DNA of 64,000 bases from Utricularia gibba (lineage: Eukaryota > Plantae > Magnoliophyta). Below, in pieces: positions 13,313 to 26,014 of this stretch; within the stretch, counting starts at the first letter, position 1; each line of letters begins with the position of its first letter. The notes beneath the pieces are model-generated. The model was not told where the DNA came from. It saw nothing but the letters and a program-made list of their open reading frames with translations, and did no database searches. The stretch spans positions 4,960,001 to 5,024,000 of the forward strand of contig NEEC01000004.1 of assembly GCA_002189035.1 (NCBI GenBank), given 5' to 3'. A program made the translations under genes and the position numbers.

Positions 13313-13435
13313 GGCTTGAGGCAGAGTCTCGTTTTCACTTGCAGGTGGGGGTGACGGTCCTGGGAGACGCCAACAGATTTTGGCTATGTGGCCTTGTAAA
13401 TTACAGATTTGACATACCTCATTTCTATATAACTC

Positions 13436-14290
13436 TCATTCCGTAGACATCATCCTGCGTTTTCCCGGAGGTGGAGGTGGTGCACGTCCCTGTCTATCAC
13501 CACTATTAGAGCGCTGCTGTGACGAATTTTGAGTCAACATTGGTGACTGTTGACGTTGACCAGAGAACCCGCGCCCATCTGAGGTGAACTTGGAAGTAGG
13601 GGATTGTCCTTGTCGTTGGGCTGTGAATGCCATGGCCGTGTTTTGTTTTTCAATCTCTTCGGTGAGTTGTCTTCTCATTTCAAAACTCAATAGCTGTGGT
13701 ATGAGATCCCGATAGCTGGGGCATGGTTCTTTTAGCATGATTGTTGAGAATGCATCGTACCCAGTTTCTAGACCTGTGAGAAGATAATATACCTTCTTTC
13801 TATCGGGAATAATATCACATATTGCTGCCAAATCATCACAGATTGTCTTGAACTTCATAAGGTACCCATCTAGTGACTGATCCGAGCGCTTGCGTGTCTG
13901 CAAGAGTTGGTAGCAAAGAGCATATCGTCGTTCTTCAGATCGTTGGGCGTAAGCATCCTGGAGGGCTGTCCAAACAGCTGCTGATGTGTCACACCCAATA
14001 ATGAGTGGCCAGGAATTTTCAGAAATTGTTCCAAGTATCCAGCTTCTGAGTAGACGATCAGCGGTTTTCCATTGAACGTATTCATTGGTGAGGGTGGGCT
14101 GTGACTGAGGTTCTTGACCTTCAGGCGCAGATACGAATTGACTTGGTGCTGTAATCTCTCCAGTAAGGTAGCCGTAGAGACCTTGGTTTTCGGCGAGCCC
14201 AATCGCCATTTCTCTCCACAAACTATAATTTGATTGGGTGAGTTTGATGGTGATGAAATTGCTTACATTGATGGAATTTGTAGTGGCCAT
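13436..14290 (-). pseudogene. copia gag (UBN2-type); premature TGA before the zinc knuckle
   Basis: MATTNSINVSNFITIKLTQSNYSLWR...DRLLRSWILGTIS. After the stop at 13436 the same frame continues ELYRNEVCQICNLQGHIAKICW. Confidence 0.9.
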
Positions 14291-14362
14291 CGTACTAGGT
14301 TGGATGAGCGGAAGCAAGGGTTGCGAAGACCACAAACGACGATTGAAAAATTCAATCGCTCA

Positions 14363-14433
14363 CTCTGATACCAGAAAGAATAAATTTTTGGAAGAATCAC
14401 AATGTTTTGATAAATAAAATTCACCATACAAAT
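14363..14433 (-). repeat. PBS (TGGTATCAGAG, 14363-14373) plus a 60-bp remnant of the 5' LTR
   Basis: CTCTGATACCA is followed by GAAAGAATAAATTTTTGGAAGAATCAC..., which matches the other LTR and then stops matching abruptly. Confidence 0.9.
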
Positions 14434-16900
14434 AAACATGATGATTCAATCATAATTACTAGAAGTTTTAATTGTAATATCAATTTATTCATTGTTATAA
14501 TACTTTTTTGAGATTATTAGAAGTTTTTTTAGAGGATGTGCTCCTTTCAAAGAGTTTTATTTTTTAAAAAAAATAACTTTTAAGAAAATATTTTTTCAAA
14601 TTTTATTTAACATAATTTTTTTTATATTTTTCACTTAATTTATGGCGAAACAGAAATTCATCCTTTGTTGAGCTTACTTAATTTCATAATAGTAAAGTAT
14701 AGCATTACCTTTATTATTTGAAAAAAAGAATTTTTATTATTCTCATTTTAGTAATATTGTATATAAATATAATTATAACAATTTCTATCAGAAACACATG
14801 CTAAAGAATCTTTTTTTAAATAATACTTTATACAAATTACACTAATGTTTTAAAATAATTTATTTTTGTGTAAATTAATCATATTCATATTTAATATCGA
14901 GTAAATTAAAACATCATATTAAATGAGTCCTTATTACTTATTTTTGAAATGTAATTTTATGTTAAATATTAATTATCAATGGCATATTTTTTAATTAGAA
15001 GAATAATATTATATATTAAATATTCCAATATTTTTTTATTTAAAATTTCATTTTTATTAAAAAAATAAAATCGTACATGATTTTTTTTAATATACGAGAT
15101 AAATAATTACATGTAAATAACTAATTATATATATTTTATAGAATGTTTAATAGTATAGTATAAAAGATTTATATTCAAGTTTACAGAAACTAATATTTAA
15201 TTAAGTAGTATATATATATCAACCTTTTATAATTACACCACTCACATACACATATTTTGAGTATTAAGGTGGTATACACAAATAGAGTAAGGTTAATTGT
15301 ATTTATATCAGTAACATACTCAACTTTTTATTCTCAAATATCAAACGTTATATATACAATCAAGCATATAAATACTAACTACTATCAAACGAACTCTTAA
15401 TAATATTGCATATAATTTTTTTTGACCATACACATAGTAAATAATATTAAATTAAATAACACTTCGTATAAATCATTAATTTTGACGTTCATTAATTTCA
15501 CTAACATATTTAATATCATATGAATCAAACATGACATCAAAAGAGCTCATAAGTTTGGTATCCAACGTTAATGGATGTGGGGTTGTGTTCAACAAACAAC
15601 AAGAAACAAATGCTATGTCATGCCACATCAACATATTTGTATATGTATTCATCATACACCTTCTATCATGTGCCCTTCAAGAGGGCCGTACCCTTTCACA
15701 CACATACCTGGGGTACTTAATCCAAGTAAAAATAATAAAAAAAATTCATGTGGAAATGATTATCTGAATTTCCCTTCTTGCCAGAAATTTGTTGCCGTTT
15801 TCGCTGAATTTTTTATGTTCCACCCCTGTCGATAATGCATGAAAGAAAAAACATAATAAAAAAAAAACACACACACGGTGAGACACAAAGAGACATCCTT
15901 GGGAAATCTAAACTTTGGGAAACATGTGATTCCAAAATTGAAAATAGTCTCATTTAGGGTCACGTAATATTGAGTCATTTACAAATTTGGTATTTTTTTC
16001 TTTTCTCTCACACAGTAGGACAAATTTTCTTAATTGAGGTAATCAATTTTGTCGCATAATTAAGGTTGGATTCCCACTTTTTCATTACACCCAATACCTC
16101 TCAATAGGTATGAAATATGATATATCTTCTAAAATTTCAAGTAATTATTATTTTTAGTAAGTTGTATAGATCCAGTTTATATTTTATGAAATTTTTTTCA
16201 TATTTTTAAAAGTTTACACAACCCCAAACTCGTATAGATGGATTGATTTGAATAATTATACGTTAATGATTAAATAGATCGGTTTTATATATTTATTTGA
16301 TATGTAAATAGAAGTACAAAGTTTTTGGACATGAAATATGTTTTAAGTAACTATCTAATCAGTTGGCTGCCTCGGTCCAACCATCTGGCGAGCACCCTCG
16401 ATGGAAAATGAACTGTATTATTTTATTTAGAAAAATAGGGTATTAATTTGGCTTAATTTGTGCCTAAAAAGGACGATTATCCACTCCGAACGCGACTAAA
16501 CCCTCAAAAATAATTATTCTTGAGGCATCAACACGATATCCGATTAATGCCCAACACGTGGTTTGATTTGTGATTATGTGTACAACTAACGCGTTTTATT
16601 TGTGATTTATGAGACGTATGTATGAAAATAACATATTTAGTAATTTAAATTAATATTATTGGATAGCTTTTTCATTCACTATTATTAAACAATCATATAA
16701 AATATATGATGATTAAATTTTGTACTCAAAATGAAATATTTTTAATGAATTTTATCGTAAAAAATATAGAAAAACATTCTCTGATGAAAAAAGAAAAGAA
16801 AATTGGAGACATATATTGTTCAAGATTTTTAATTACTATTACATTTAATAATAAATGTAATTTATTATATATTAATATTTTACACGTGTTCGTCATATAT
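14434..16900 (-). repeat. Orphan KCS upstream module with no KCS gene attached
   Basis: 15520-16570 aligns with the copy-3 upstream region 18930-20290. 14434-14600 aligns with the regions upstream of copy 3 (~18825) and copy 6 (~32085-32350). Confidence 0.8.
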
Positions 16901-17116
16901 ATCTAATATTTAAGTTTAACATTATGAGAAGAGACGAGATTTGGAGGATAACCAGGCAAAAGGGAACGTTGGACGAAATTCGAACTCAAGATTAAAACTT
17001 TTCATATTTAATAAAAAGACGAGGTAAAATTTACAGGATCACCTATTTATTTATTTTCCATGCAAGTAACAATTCCCGAGTTCGACTGAGTATCGGGCTT
17101 CAGGGCCCTGCGCCAA

Positions 17117-18645
17117 CTAGAGCTTCACAACTCTTGGAATGTTGACCGGATACTTATCAATGCAATCCTTCCAGGGACCGTCGACCGGAGTTTTGATCGT
17201 GCGGTTGCATTTCCAGACCGCACTGTTGCATTTAAATCCACTTCCAAACGCGATTTGCCAAATCTTGTTGCCCTTCTTCATCCTCCCTTTAGCTTCTATG
17301 TAAGCGAGCTCATACCAAATCGAAGACGAGGAGGTATTCCCGAACCGGTAGAGCGACATACGCGAAGCTTCAACGTGCTCCGGGGAGAGCTCGAGGCTTT
17401 TCTGGAGCTCATCGATCACCGCCCGGCCACCGGCGTGGATGCAGAAGTGATCGAAAGCTTCTTTGAAGTCAGGGGTGTAGAGCTTCCAGTTAGGGTTGAT
17501 GATCTTTCTTCCTATGAGGGATAGTGCGAATAAGACCTTCTCCGACGGCGGAAGTGCTACAGGTCCAAGGGTAGTTATGTTCGACTTCAACGCTCTTCCG
17601 GCGGTGGCCATCAAGTCCTTTGACAAGTGCACGCCTACTATGCCTTCGGAGTCTTCTTGCTGGAACACACATCTGTAGGAGCTGTCATCGGCACCCTTAT
17701 GGGTTCGAACGACGTGGAGGAGTTTGTACTTGGCACGGCGGCGATCGCGGGCCTTGTTGGAGAGGAGCACTGCAGCGGTGCCCATGCGAAAGATGCAGTT
17801 GGGTAAGAGCATGGCTCTCTCCGAACCTTCGTAGTTATTAAGAGCAATGATTTCCGCACTCACAACAAGTGCATAGGAACTGGGATACGCCTGAAGCAGA
17901 TCCTTAGCTAAATCAATCGAAATCACACCAGCGCTGCACCCCATCCCCGAAAGATTGATGCTCTTGATGTTACTCCGGAGCTTGTACTTATTCACGATCA
18001 TCGCTGATAACGACGGCGTCGGCGAGAACACGCTGCAGTCGACGACCAAAATATCAATGTCCCTTGGTTTCAGCCCTGTTTTCCTAATCAAATTATCGAT
18101 CGCAGAGAACACGAGCAATTCAGCTTCCTCCCGAGCTTTCTCTATCGTTGGTTTAGGCGGGATGTAGTGCATCGCCGGTGGCAAGGATGTTTCTTCTCCA
18201 ATTCCCGATCGTTCCACAATCTTCTTCATGAAATCCACGCTCTCAGGGTGAAATCTCTGAAGAAGGTGAGCATGCTCGATGAACGTGGCAAAAGGCACTC
18301 TTAAACTGAAGGGAGGCTTGCAACAAGCGAAGTCCACCAGATAAATAGATCGCGGCTTGGAAAGTAGATAAACGGTTGCTGCGAATATGATGCAGAAAAC
18401 AGCGCATAGAATATAAATGGGATCCAAGTTTAGAGATTTCCAGGCCCCGATCATCCCCTCCACCCCCAGACGCCTGAGCTTGACTGCCACAGCCGCAGCC
18501 AGAGGAATCAACAAGAGGGTGAAGAAGTTATTGACAACATGCTTATAACACACTTTGAGATACTTGTGCTTCGTCGATGCAGAAGGGGAGCCGCCATTCT
18601 GGTGGTTTCTGTTTGATCTTCCCTACCGGCGGCAAACGGGAGCAT
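17117..18645 (-). pseudogene. KCS6: KCS copy 3: full length, with a 1-nt deletion after codon ~21 (pseudogene or assembly indel)
   Basis: ATG at 18645 to stop at 17117 is 1529 nt, versus 1530 in copy 2. Plus strand reads AGAAGGGG where copy 2 has TGAAAGGGG (18581-18588). The rest of the ORF is open with all catalytic motifs. Confidence 0.8.
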
Positions 18646-19290
18646 GATCTTTATAGACTCAAAGTCTCAAACCAAAACCAGGGCTTCCCAGTGCATTAAA
18701 TGATGGGTCAGGAGTTGCTTGTTGCTACGACTGTCATAAATGAGGAAGAAACCCTGACTAGTTCCTTATATAACGATTGAATCAATTGTTTTTTTTATAA
18801 AAAAATTAAAATGCTTTTATGAACAACATGAAATCTTAATTCAATTATAATTGAATAATGAGTAAATCATGATTAAATTTTTATTTAGTCATCAATTTTG
18901 ACTTTCATTAATTTCACTAATATACTTAATGTCATATAAATCAAACATGGCATCAAACGAGATCATAAGTTTGGTATCCAACATAAATGCATGTGGGGTT
19001 ATGTTCAACAAACAACAACAAACAAAGGCTATGTCATGCCACATCAACATATTTATATATGTATTCATCATGCACCTTCTATCATGTGCCTTCACGAGGT
19101 CGGACCTCTTCACACACACAACTGGGGTACTTAATCCAAGTAATAATAATAATAATAATAAAAATTCATGTTGAAATGATTATCAGAATTTCCCTTCTCT
19201 CCAGAAATTTGTTGCTGTTGTTCCAGAAAATGTTTTATGTTGCACCCCTGTCGGTAATGAATGCAATGCAAAAAATAATAATTAAAAAAA

Positions 19291-19294
<4 letters not shown>

Positions 19295-19320
<26 letters not shown>
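19295..19320. repeat. (AC)13 microsatellite
   Basis: Read directly; shorter in the paralogous spacer at ~15865. Confidence 0.95.
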
Positions 19321-19321
<1 letters not shown>

Positions 19322-21815
19322 GTGAGACACATACTTGGGAAATCTAAACTTTGGGGAAACATGTGTAAGGGTGTAACATTTGATTCCAAAATTGAAAGTA
19401 GTCTCATTTAGGGTCACGCAATATCATGTCATTTACAAATTTGATCATCTTTTTCTTTTCTCTCACACAGTCATATAAATTTTCTTAATTTATGGCAATC
19501 AATTTTCTCACATAATTAATGTTGGATTCCCAATTTTTTAGTACACCCCCAATACCTCTCAATAGGTAATGAAATATGAGGTTACCTGCATTTAATTTAG
19601 CATGTCTGCCTTATTGTATAGTTTTAATTATTGTGTGTGTCCTCATTTGTGAAATTTAATGTTCTTTATACCTTTTTTAAAGACTTTTATAACCTTTTAT
19701 GTAGTTGATGATAGGTGCAGAATTCTACAAGTGAGCAGGAAAAAATGGAGGTGTGGATGAGAAGACGATGTATGGTAGAGAGAATGGAGGAGAGTAGATT
19801 TTTAGTTATGATATATCTTCTAATTTATAGAATATAAATTACAAAATAATAAATTTTTTTACTAAGTTATATAGATCCAATTTATATTTTACTAAAAATA
19901 CTTTTCTTAAATTAAAAATATTTCTTATTTTTAAAAATTTACACAACCCAAACTCTTTTACACTAGTTGATTTGAATAATTGTACGTTAGTGATTAAACA
20001 TCTCGATTTTATAAATGTATTTGATATGTGAGTATAAACTCAAAGTTTTTGAGCATGAAATATGTTTCAAGTTACTATCTAATGAGTTGGCTGGCTCGAA
20101 CCAACCATGTGGCGAGCACCCTCGATGGAAAATAAACTGTATTATTTTTTTAGAAAAATAGGGTATTAATTTGGCTTAATTTGTGCCAAAAATGGACGAT
20201 TATCCACTCCGAACGCGACTAAACCCTCAAAAACAATTATTCTTGAAGCATCAGCACGATATCCGATTAATGTCCAACACGTGGTTTGATTTGGGCTTCC
20301 AGGTCGAGGAGGTGTTTGCGATAATGCAATGATTATTGTACCATTAACTAATTATTCTATGAGCGTGATCAAAGTGAACAAACCAAATTGCACTTGTTCA
20401 TTTACAACACGGAAGATTCATTATACTCGAACAATGTGTTAATGAATACATGTCAAACCTAAATATATAATAAATATAGATTATATTAAAAATGGATATA
20501 TTCGATTATAATAATTTATAATTTTTTAAATATTTAATTATTTAACTTTCAAAATTTTGAAATATGATTATTTATTACATTAGGGGGCATGTTTGATACG
20601 TAAGATAAATGATATTTTTACTTATGATTATATTTTTAATGTGTTTGGTATAAATGATTGAACAATCACTAATAATTCAACAAACTTACGATAATCTCAC
20701 ATACATAGTAATAATGAAATGTGGGGAGTGGGTCAGATTGTTAAAACTAATGTATAATTTGTCTAATTACAAATAAATTCAATTATACATATCAAACATA
20801 AAAATGCATAATCTATAATATTTAATATATATCAATCACAAATAATTCAAAACCCTCGTTATATAATCTTTTGTATCAAACATGTACCAAACATGTCCTA
20901 GAAGGACTATGCAACCATGCGCCCTGTGTTAGCCCATCTCATCCTTCATTGAATTTGCCTAGTGTCACGGCCCTTATGAGCCCATCGTGCTCCCTGGGCC
21001 TGCCGTGTCCCAACATTCCATGTTCTTGGAAATCGGCTAGGCTGCCGTGTCGGCCCCACTCTGCCGTGTCCCAACACTCCATGTTCTTGTACCTTTTTCT
21101 TTTTCTCTTTTTCATCCAGATTCAAAGGATGAGGATGGTTAATAAAGGGGCACTCGACCGCACACATTCCGAATGTTTTTAAAATTGATACAATTATCCT
21201 TAATGTTTAATGAAAATGATATAATTCATCTTTATAAATCTATTTTGTTTTTCGCATTTTGACTAAGTATATATATTTAGTTTCAAATCTTTTTTACGTT
21301 AATTATTTTTTGATTTCATGTTTTAAAGAATACTTGTAATTCATATTCATTATTTAAAAACCATATATATTTGATCTCAATTTTTTTATAATTTGATTAA
21401 ATTAGTCTTCACTCACCACCGCCAGTCGTTTGTCGCCCATTGCTCGCACTCGTGCCTACGCCACTACCGTCGCCCGTCGACAGTGGTTGGCGGCCGTCGT
21501 TTGGCGGTCGATCGGATGCGATTGATAATAGTAAAATTAAATTGAAAAAATAGGATTTATAATTGGGGATTAAGATCAACAATGATAGTGTTTTTGATCG
21601 ATTTCATACAATAAGAATCAATTGTTAATTGTTTTAAAATAATGAGGATTAAAATCCAATATATATTCTCTAATCATGTCATTTAACCAAATAATAATGA
21701 ATATTACCGTAATTATCCATTCAAAAAGTATGGGCACACTTATTTATTTTTATTTTCCAACAAAGTAAGAATTGCAGAGTTTGACTACGTGTCGGGCTTC
21801 AGGGCCCAGCACGAA

Positions 21816-23297
21816 CTACAGCTTCACAAATTCTGGAATGGAGACTGGATATTTATGAATGAAATCCTTCCAGGGACCGTCGACCGGAGTTTCGATCGTG
21901 CGGATGCATTTCCAGATCGCACTATTGCATTTAAACCCACTTCCAAACCCGATTTGCCAAACCTTGTTACCCTTCTTCATCCTCCCTTTAGCCTCTATGT
22001 AAGCGAGCACATACCAAATCGAAGACGACGCCGTATTCCCGAACTGGTGGAGCGTCATACGGGAAGGTTCGACGTCCTCCGGCGAGAGCTGGAGGGTTTT
22101 CTGGATCTCATCGATCACCGCCCGGCCGCCAGGGTGGAAGCAGAAGTGATCGAAAGCTTGTTTGAAGTCAGGGGTGTAGGGCTTCCATTTCGGGTTGATC
22201 ATCTTTCTTCCTATTAGGGATAGCGCGAATAAGAGCTTCTCCGATGCCGGAAGTGCTATAGGTCCAATAGTAGTTATGTTCGACTTCAACGCTCTTCCCG
22301 CGGTGACCAACAAGTCCTTTGACAAGCGCACGCCTACGTGGCCTTCGGAGTCTTCTCCCTTGAATATGCATCTGTAGGAGCTGTCATCGGCACCCATATG
22401 GGTTCGGACGACGTGGAGGAGTTCGTACTTCGAACGGCGGCGATCGCGGGCCTTGTTGGAGAGGAGCATGGCAGCGGCGCCCATGCGAAAGATGCAGACG
22501 GGTAAGAGCATAGCTCTCTCCGAGCCTTCGTAGTTACTGAGAGTCAAGATTTCCGCACTCACAACAAGTGCATAGGAATTGGGAAGCGCCTGAAGCAGAT
22601 CTTTAGCTAAATCAATCGAAATCACACCAGCGCTGCACCCCATCCCCGAAAGATTGAAGCTCCTGATGTTACTCCTGAGCTTGTACTTATTCATGATCAT
22701 CGATGATAACGACGGCGTCGGCGAGAACACGCTGCAGTTGACGACCAAAATATCAATGTCCCTTGGCTTGAGCCCAGTTTTCGTCATCAAATTATCGATC
22801 GCAGAGAACATGACCAATTCAGCTTCCTCACGAGCTTTCTCCATCGTTGGTTTGGGCGGGATGTAGTGAATCGCCTCTGGCAAACATGCTTCTTCTCCAA
22901 TTGCTGATCGTTCCAGAATCTTCATCATGACAGCCATGCTATCAGGGTGATATCTCTGAAGATGGTAAGCATGTTCCATGAACCTGGAAAAAGGCGCTCT
23001 TAAAGTAGAGGGAGGCTTGCAACAATCAAAGTCCACCAGATAAATTGATCGTGGCTTCAAAAGTAGACAAACGGTTGCTGCGAAGATGATGGAGAAAACA
23101 GCGCATGGAATATAAATGGGATCCAAGTTTAGAGATTTCCAGACACCGATCATCCCCTTCACCCCCAGACACCTGAGCTTGACTACCACGGCGGCAGCCA
23201 CAGGAATCAACAAGAGGGTGAAGAAGTTATTGACGTCATACTGGTAGAACAATTTGAAGTACTTCTTCTTCGTTGATACAGAGGTGGGAGCAGCCAT
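21816..23297 (-). CDS. KCS6: 3-ketoacyl-CoA synthase copy 4, intact from the second ATG (493 aa), most divergent copy
   Basis: Motifs GMGCSAG, FCFHPGG and LHQFGNTASSS; C-terminus ...YPVSIPEFVKL. The upstream ATG at 23335 is out of frame after a 10-nt deletion. Confidence 0.9.
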   Translation of the reverse strand: MAAPTSVSTKKKYFKLFYQYDVNNFFTLLLIPVAAAVVVKLRCLGVKGMIGVWKSLNLDPIYIPCAVFSIIFAATVCLLLKPRSIYLVDFDCCKPPSTLRAPFSRFMEHAYHLQRYHPDSMAVMMKILERSAIGEEACLPEAIHYIPPKPTMEKAREEAELVMFSAIDNLMTKTGLKPRDIDILVVNCSVFSPTPSLSSMIMNKYKLRSNIRSFNLSGMGCSAGVISIDLAKDLLQALPNSYALVVSAEILTLSNYEGSERAMLLPVCIFRMGAAAMLLSNKARDRRRSKYELLHVVRTHMGADDSSYRCIFKGEDSEGHVGVRLSKDLLVTAGRALKSNITTIGPIALPASEKLLFALSLIGRKMINPKWKPYTPDFKQAFDHFCFHPGGRAVIDEIQKTLQLSPEDVEPSRMTLHQFGNTASSSIWYVLAYIEAKGRMKKGNKVWQIGFGSGFKCNSAIWKCIRTIETPVDGPWKDFIHKYPVSIPEFVKL

Positions 23298-24970
23298 TCT
23301 TGTGGCTTCTGTTTATCGGCGGCAAACGGGAGCATGGTATTTATAGACTCAAACAAAAACCAGGGTTTCCCATTGCATTAAATGATGGTTAGTGAGTTGT
23401 TGCTGCTTTCATTTACTCTGTTTATTTTTTAAGACTTCCCATTTCATCAAACAATGGCTAGATATTCGAAGACAAAATGTGTGTCATCATTACTCTTCCA
23501 AAATGGCTTGTCTGTCAAAAGTAATTTCCATGTAATAAAATCATATCGAACCTTGCTTGTAATATCATCAACCAATTCAAAAGTTACTACTAAAATTGTT
23601 AGAACTCGATTGGTAGGGCATTAAAGAATACATTATGGTAAATAACATTTGTTAAAATGACACGTTTGGTGAGCAGTAGTATTCCTTAATATTATTATGA
23701 GAAGAGGATTTATTGGAAGAGAGTAAGTTTTTTTATTATTATTATGATATGCCTTGGAATCAATAGAACACATTTTATTACATTTCATATCAAGAAAAAT
23801 GATATGAGAAAGATGACGACTATTATTGAGTTGGCTTTATTGTGCCTATAATGTACACCTATCCACCACAAACACCACTAAACAACGAAACGACAGCAAT
23901 TATCATATGGACAACTTTTTACGGGTTTATATATAATTTATGAACGATCAATAATTACGTATGTAATAAAATAATATATTTAATTATTTAAATTAATAGT
24001 ATTGGATAATATCTTCATTCATTATTATGAAAAAAATATATAATATATATGATAATTGCTTTTATCGTAAAAAAAGCACAAAAAGTTTCTGAAAAAAAGT
24101 GGAGACATCCATTGTTCAATAATTTCAGTCTAGCCATTTCGTTAATAATTGCATGGTATTATCAAAAAAGATATTTATTGCATGATTAGGTTTGAATCCC
24201 CATTATTTATTTGTCCTGATTATTATTATAACCGTATTTTTTATTTAAAAGGGGTGATTAATTTTTAATATTTTAATGGGAGTTAATATATCATTCAAAT
24301 CTAGGTTTATCCCAAGGGATGCAGGGCATACTATTAATAGGAGGGTCTAATCACCCACGTTTATTTTGCAAAAAGAGGCATGTGGTGGGCATGTGGGTCA
24401 GGGTTATGTCTTGCTGGGAGCCAATGGCTACAGACATTACGAAAGTGGAGTAGGGCTTCTACTTTAAACTCTATATTTAAACTTTTCACATTAATAAAAT
24501 ACAAGGAAAAAAGGGGGCAATCGACCCTATGCATTCCGAATGTTTTTTAAAAATGGTACGATTAGTTATTAACGTTTAATTAAAATGATATAGTTAGTTT
24601 TTATTAGCCTATTTAGTCAACATATTTGATGTATCTATTATATTTAGTTTTAGATCTTTTTTCTTTAATTCATTTTTATTTATTTATTTATTTATTAATA
24701 TTAATTATAATTGATCTTCAATATTTAAAAACAGTACATATTTGATCTCAATTATTGTATAATTTGATAAAATTAATTTTTATTTCTTTCGACCACCGCC
24801 GCTGCCGACAATTGCTCATCACCTCCGCCCATGCCACTGTCGGTCGATCGTCGCCACTACCTGTCGCTTGTTGGGTGTTCAAGTGCCCGTTGCTCGTGCC
24901 ACTGCCATAACCCGTCGGCAGTGTTCGGCGGCAATCGATTGACGGTCGATCGGCACTAGGTTCGTGGCAG

Positions 24971-25197
24971 TAGATAATATTAAAATTAAATTAAAGAAAT
25001 AATGTTTGTGATTGAGAATTAATTGTCAATCGATCGGCAGTCGATTAGTGGCGTTAGATAATAGTAAAATTAAATTGAAAAAAAAATCATGTTTGTAATT
25101 GAGAATCAATTGTCAATCGATCGGCAGTTGGTTAGTGGCGGTAGATAATAGTAAAATTAAATTGAAAAAAAAAATAATGTTTGTAATTGAGAATTAA
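24971..25197. repeat. Tandem repeat of an ~85-bp unit (about 2.6 copies) next to a GC-rich TE-like core that is also present at 21415-21560
   Basis: TAGATAAT(A/AG)TAAAATTAAATT...TTGAGAAT(T/C)AATTGTCAATCGATCGGCAG units start at 24971, 25055 and 25142. Confidence 0.85.
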
Positions 25198-26014
25198 TCA
25201 TACTGTTGTGGTTATAAATTAACTGAGTATTGAATTGTCAATCTCTATGGGGTAAATTGGTAATTAGCCAATTTACCCAATTTGGAGTTTTTTTTTTATT
25301 AGTTTAATAGCAATAAAACGAGATGATCATTTTTACGTGAAAACCATCATGATGTAAAACCATGAAAATGGAAAAACATACTAGAGAAGAAGGTTTGAAT
25401 GGAAGAAAAAAGAAGAGCATTACAAGGATTGCAAAAAAGAAAATCTCTTTTCAGATTAACTCAACTCCTATTTAGCATGAAACTTTGGTTGACCGATTCT
25501 GAAAGGAATAGCAACTTTTTGAGCTTCTGAAAATTTTCTTGATCAACTATTTCATATTCTGAATTCCTGTAGATCAACTATTTTTAAAACTGTTTTAAAC
25601 AATTGGATATTAATACTATTTCTCTCATATCCCCTTCTCAATGTATAACCGATTTATTGACTATTCTAGACTGATTTACTATCCGTAGTCCGACTTATTG
25701 CTCTAGCTCCTTGTACGGTGACGTAATAGATTTAGGATCCGTAACTAATTTTTCCAGGTTACTCTTTAGCTTTGTGCATTTCTTTGACTTTCGTTATTGA
25801 GTATCTTTAGATATCTTTTTGTCTTTTTCTGTGATGCGACATCATTATATGCTATTTTTGTACGATTATCTAACAATTGAAATCAATTACAAATGATTTT
25901 AAAATAGTGATAATTAAAACACTTTTTATATGGCATAATTATATCATTCACGCAAATACCAAAGTAAGTATTGCAGAATTGGATGGAGTGTCGGGCTTCA
26001 CGGACCATATTGAA

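Larger units (their letters stand above)
9336..14433 (-). mobile_element. Decayed Ty1/copia LTR retrotransposon (gag-PR-INT-RT-RH); 5' LTR mostly deleted
   Basis: Domain order is copia-type: gag, zinc knuckle CQICNLQGHIAKIC, protease WTADTRATNHM, integrase [42 protein letters not shown], RNase [19 protein letters not shown]. tRNA-iMet PBS, PPT and LTRs are present. Multiple stops and frameshifts. Confidence 0.95.

Noticed and set aside
17280-17370. LYRFGN instead of LHRFGN in copies 3 and 5 as a loss of function
   Set aside because: Tyr at this position occurs in other plant KCS enzymes, and the catalytic Cys, His (HAGG) and Asn are retained.
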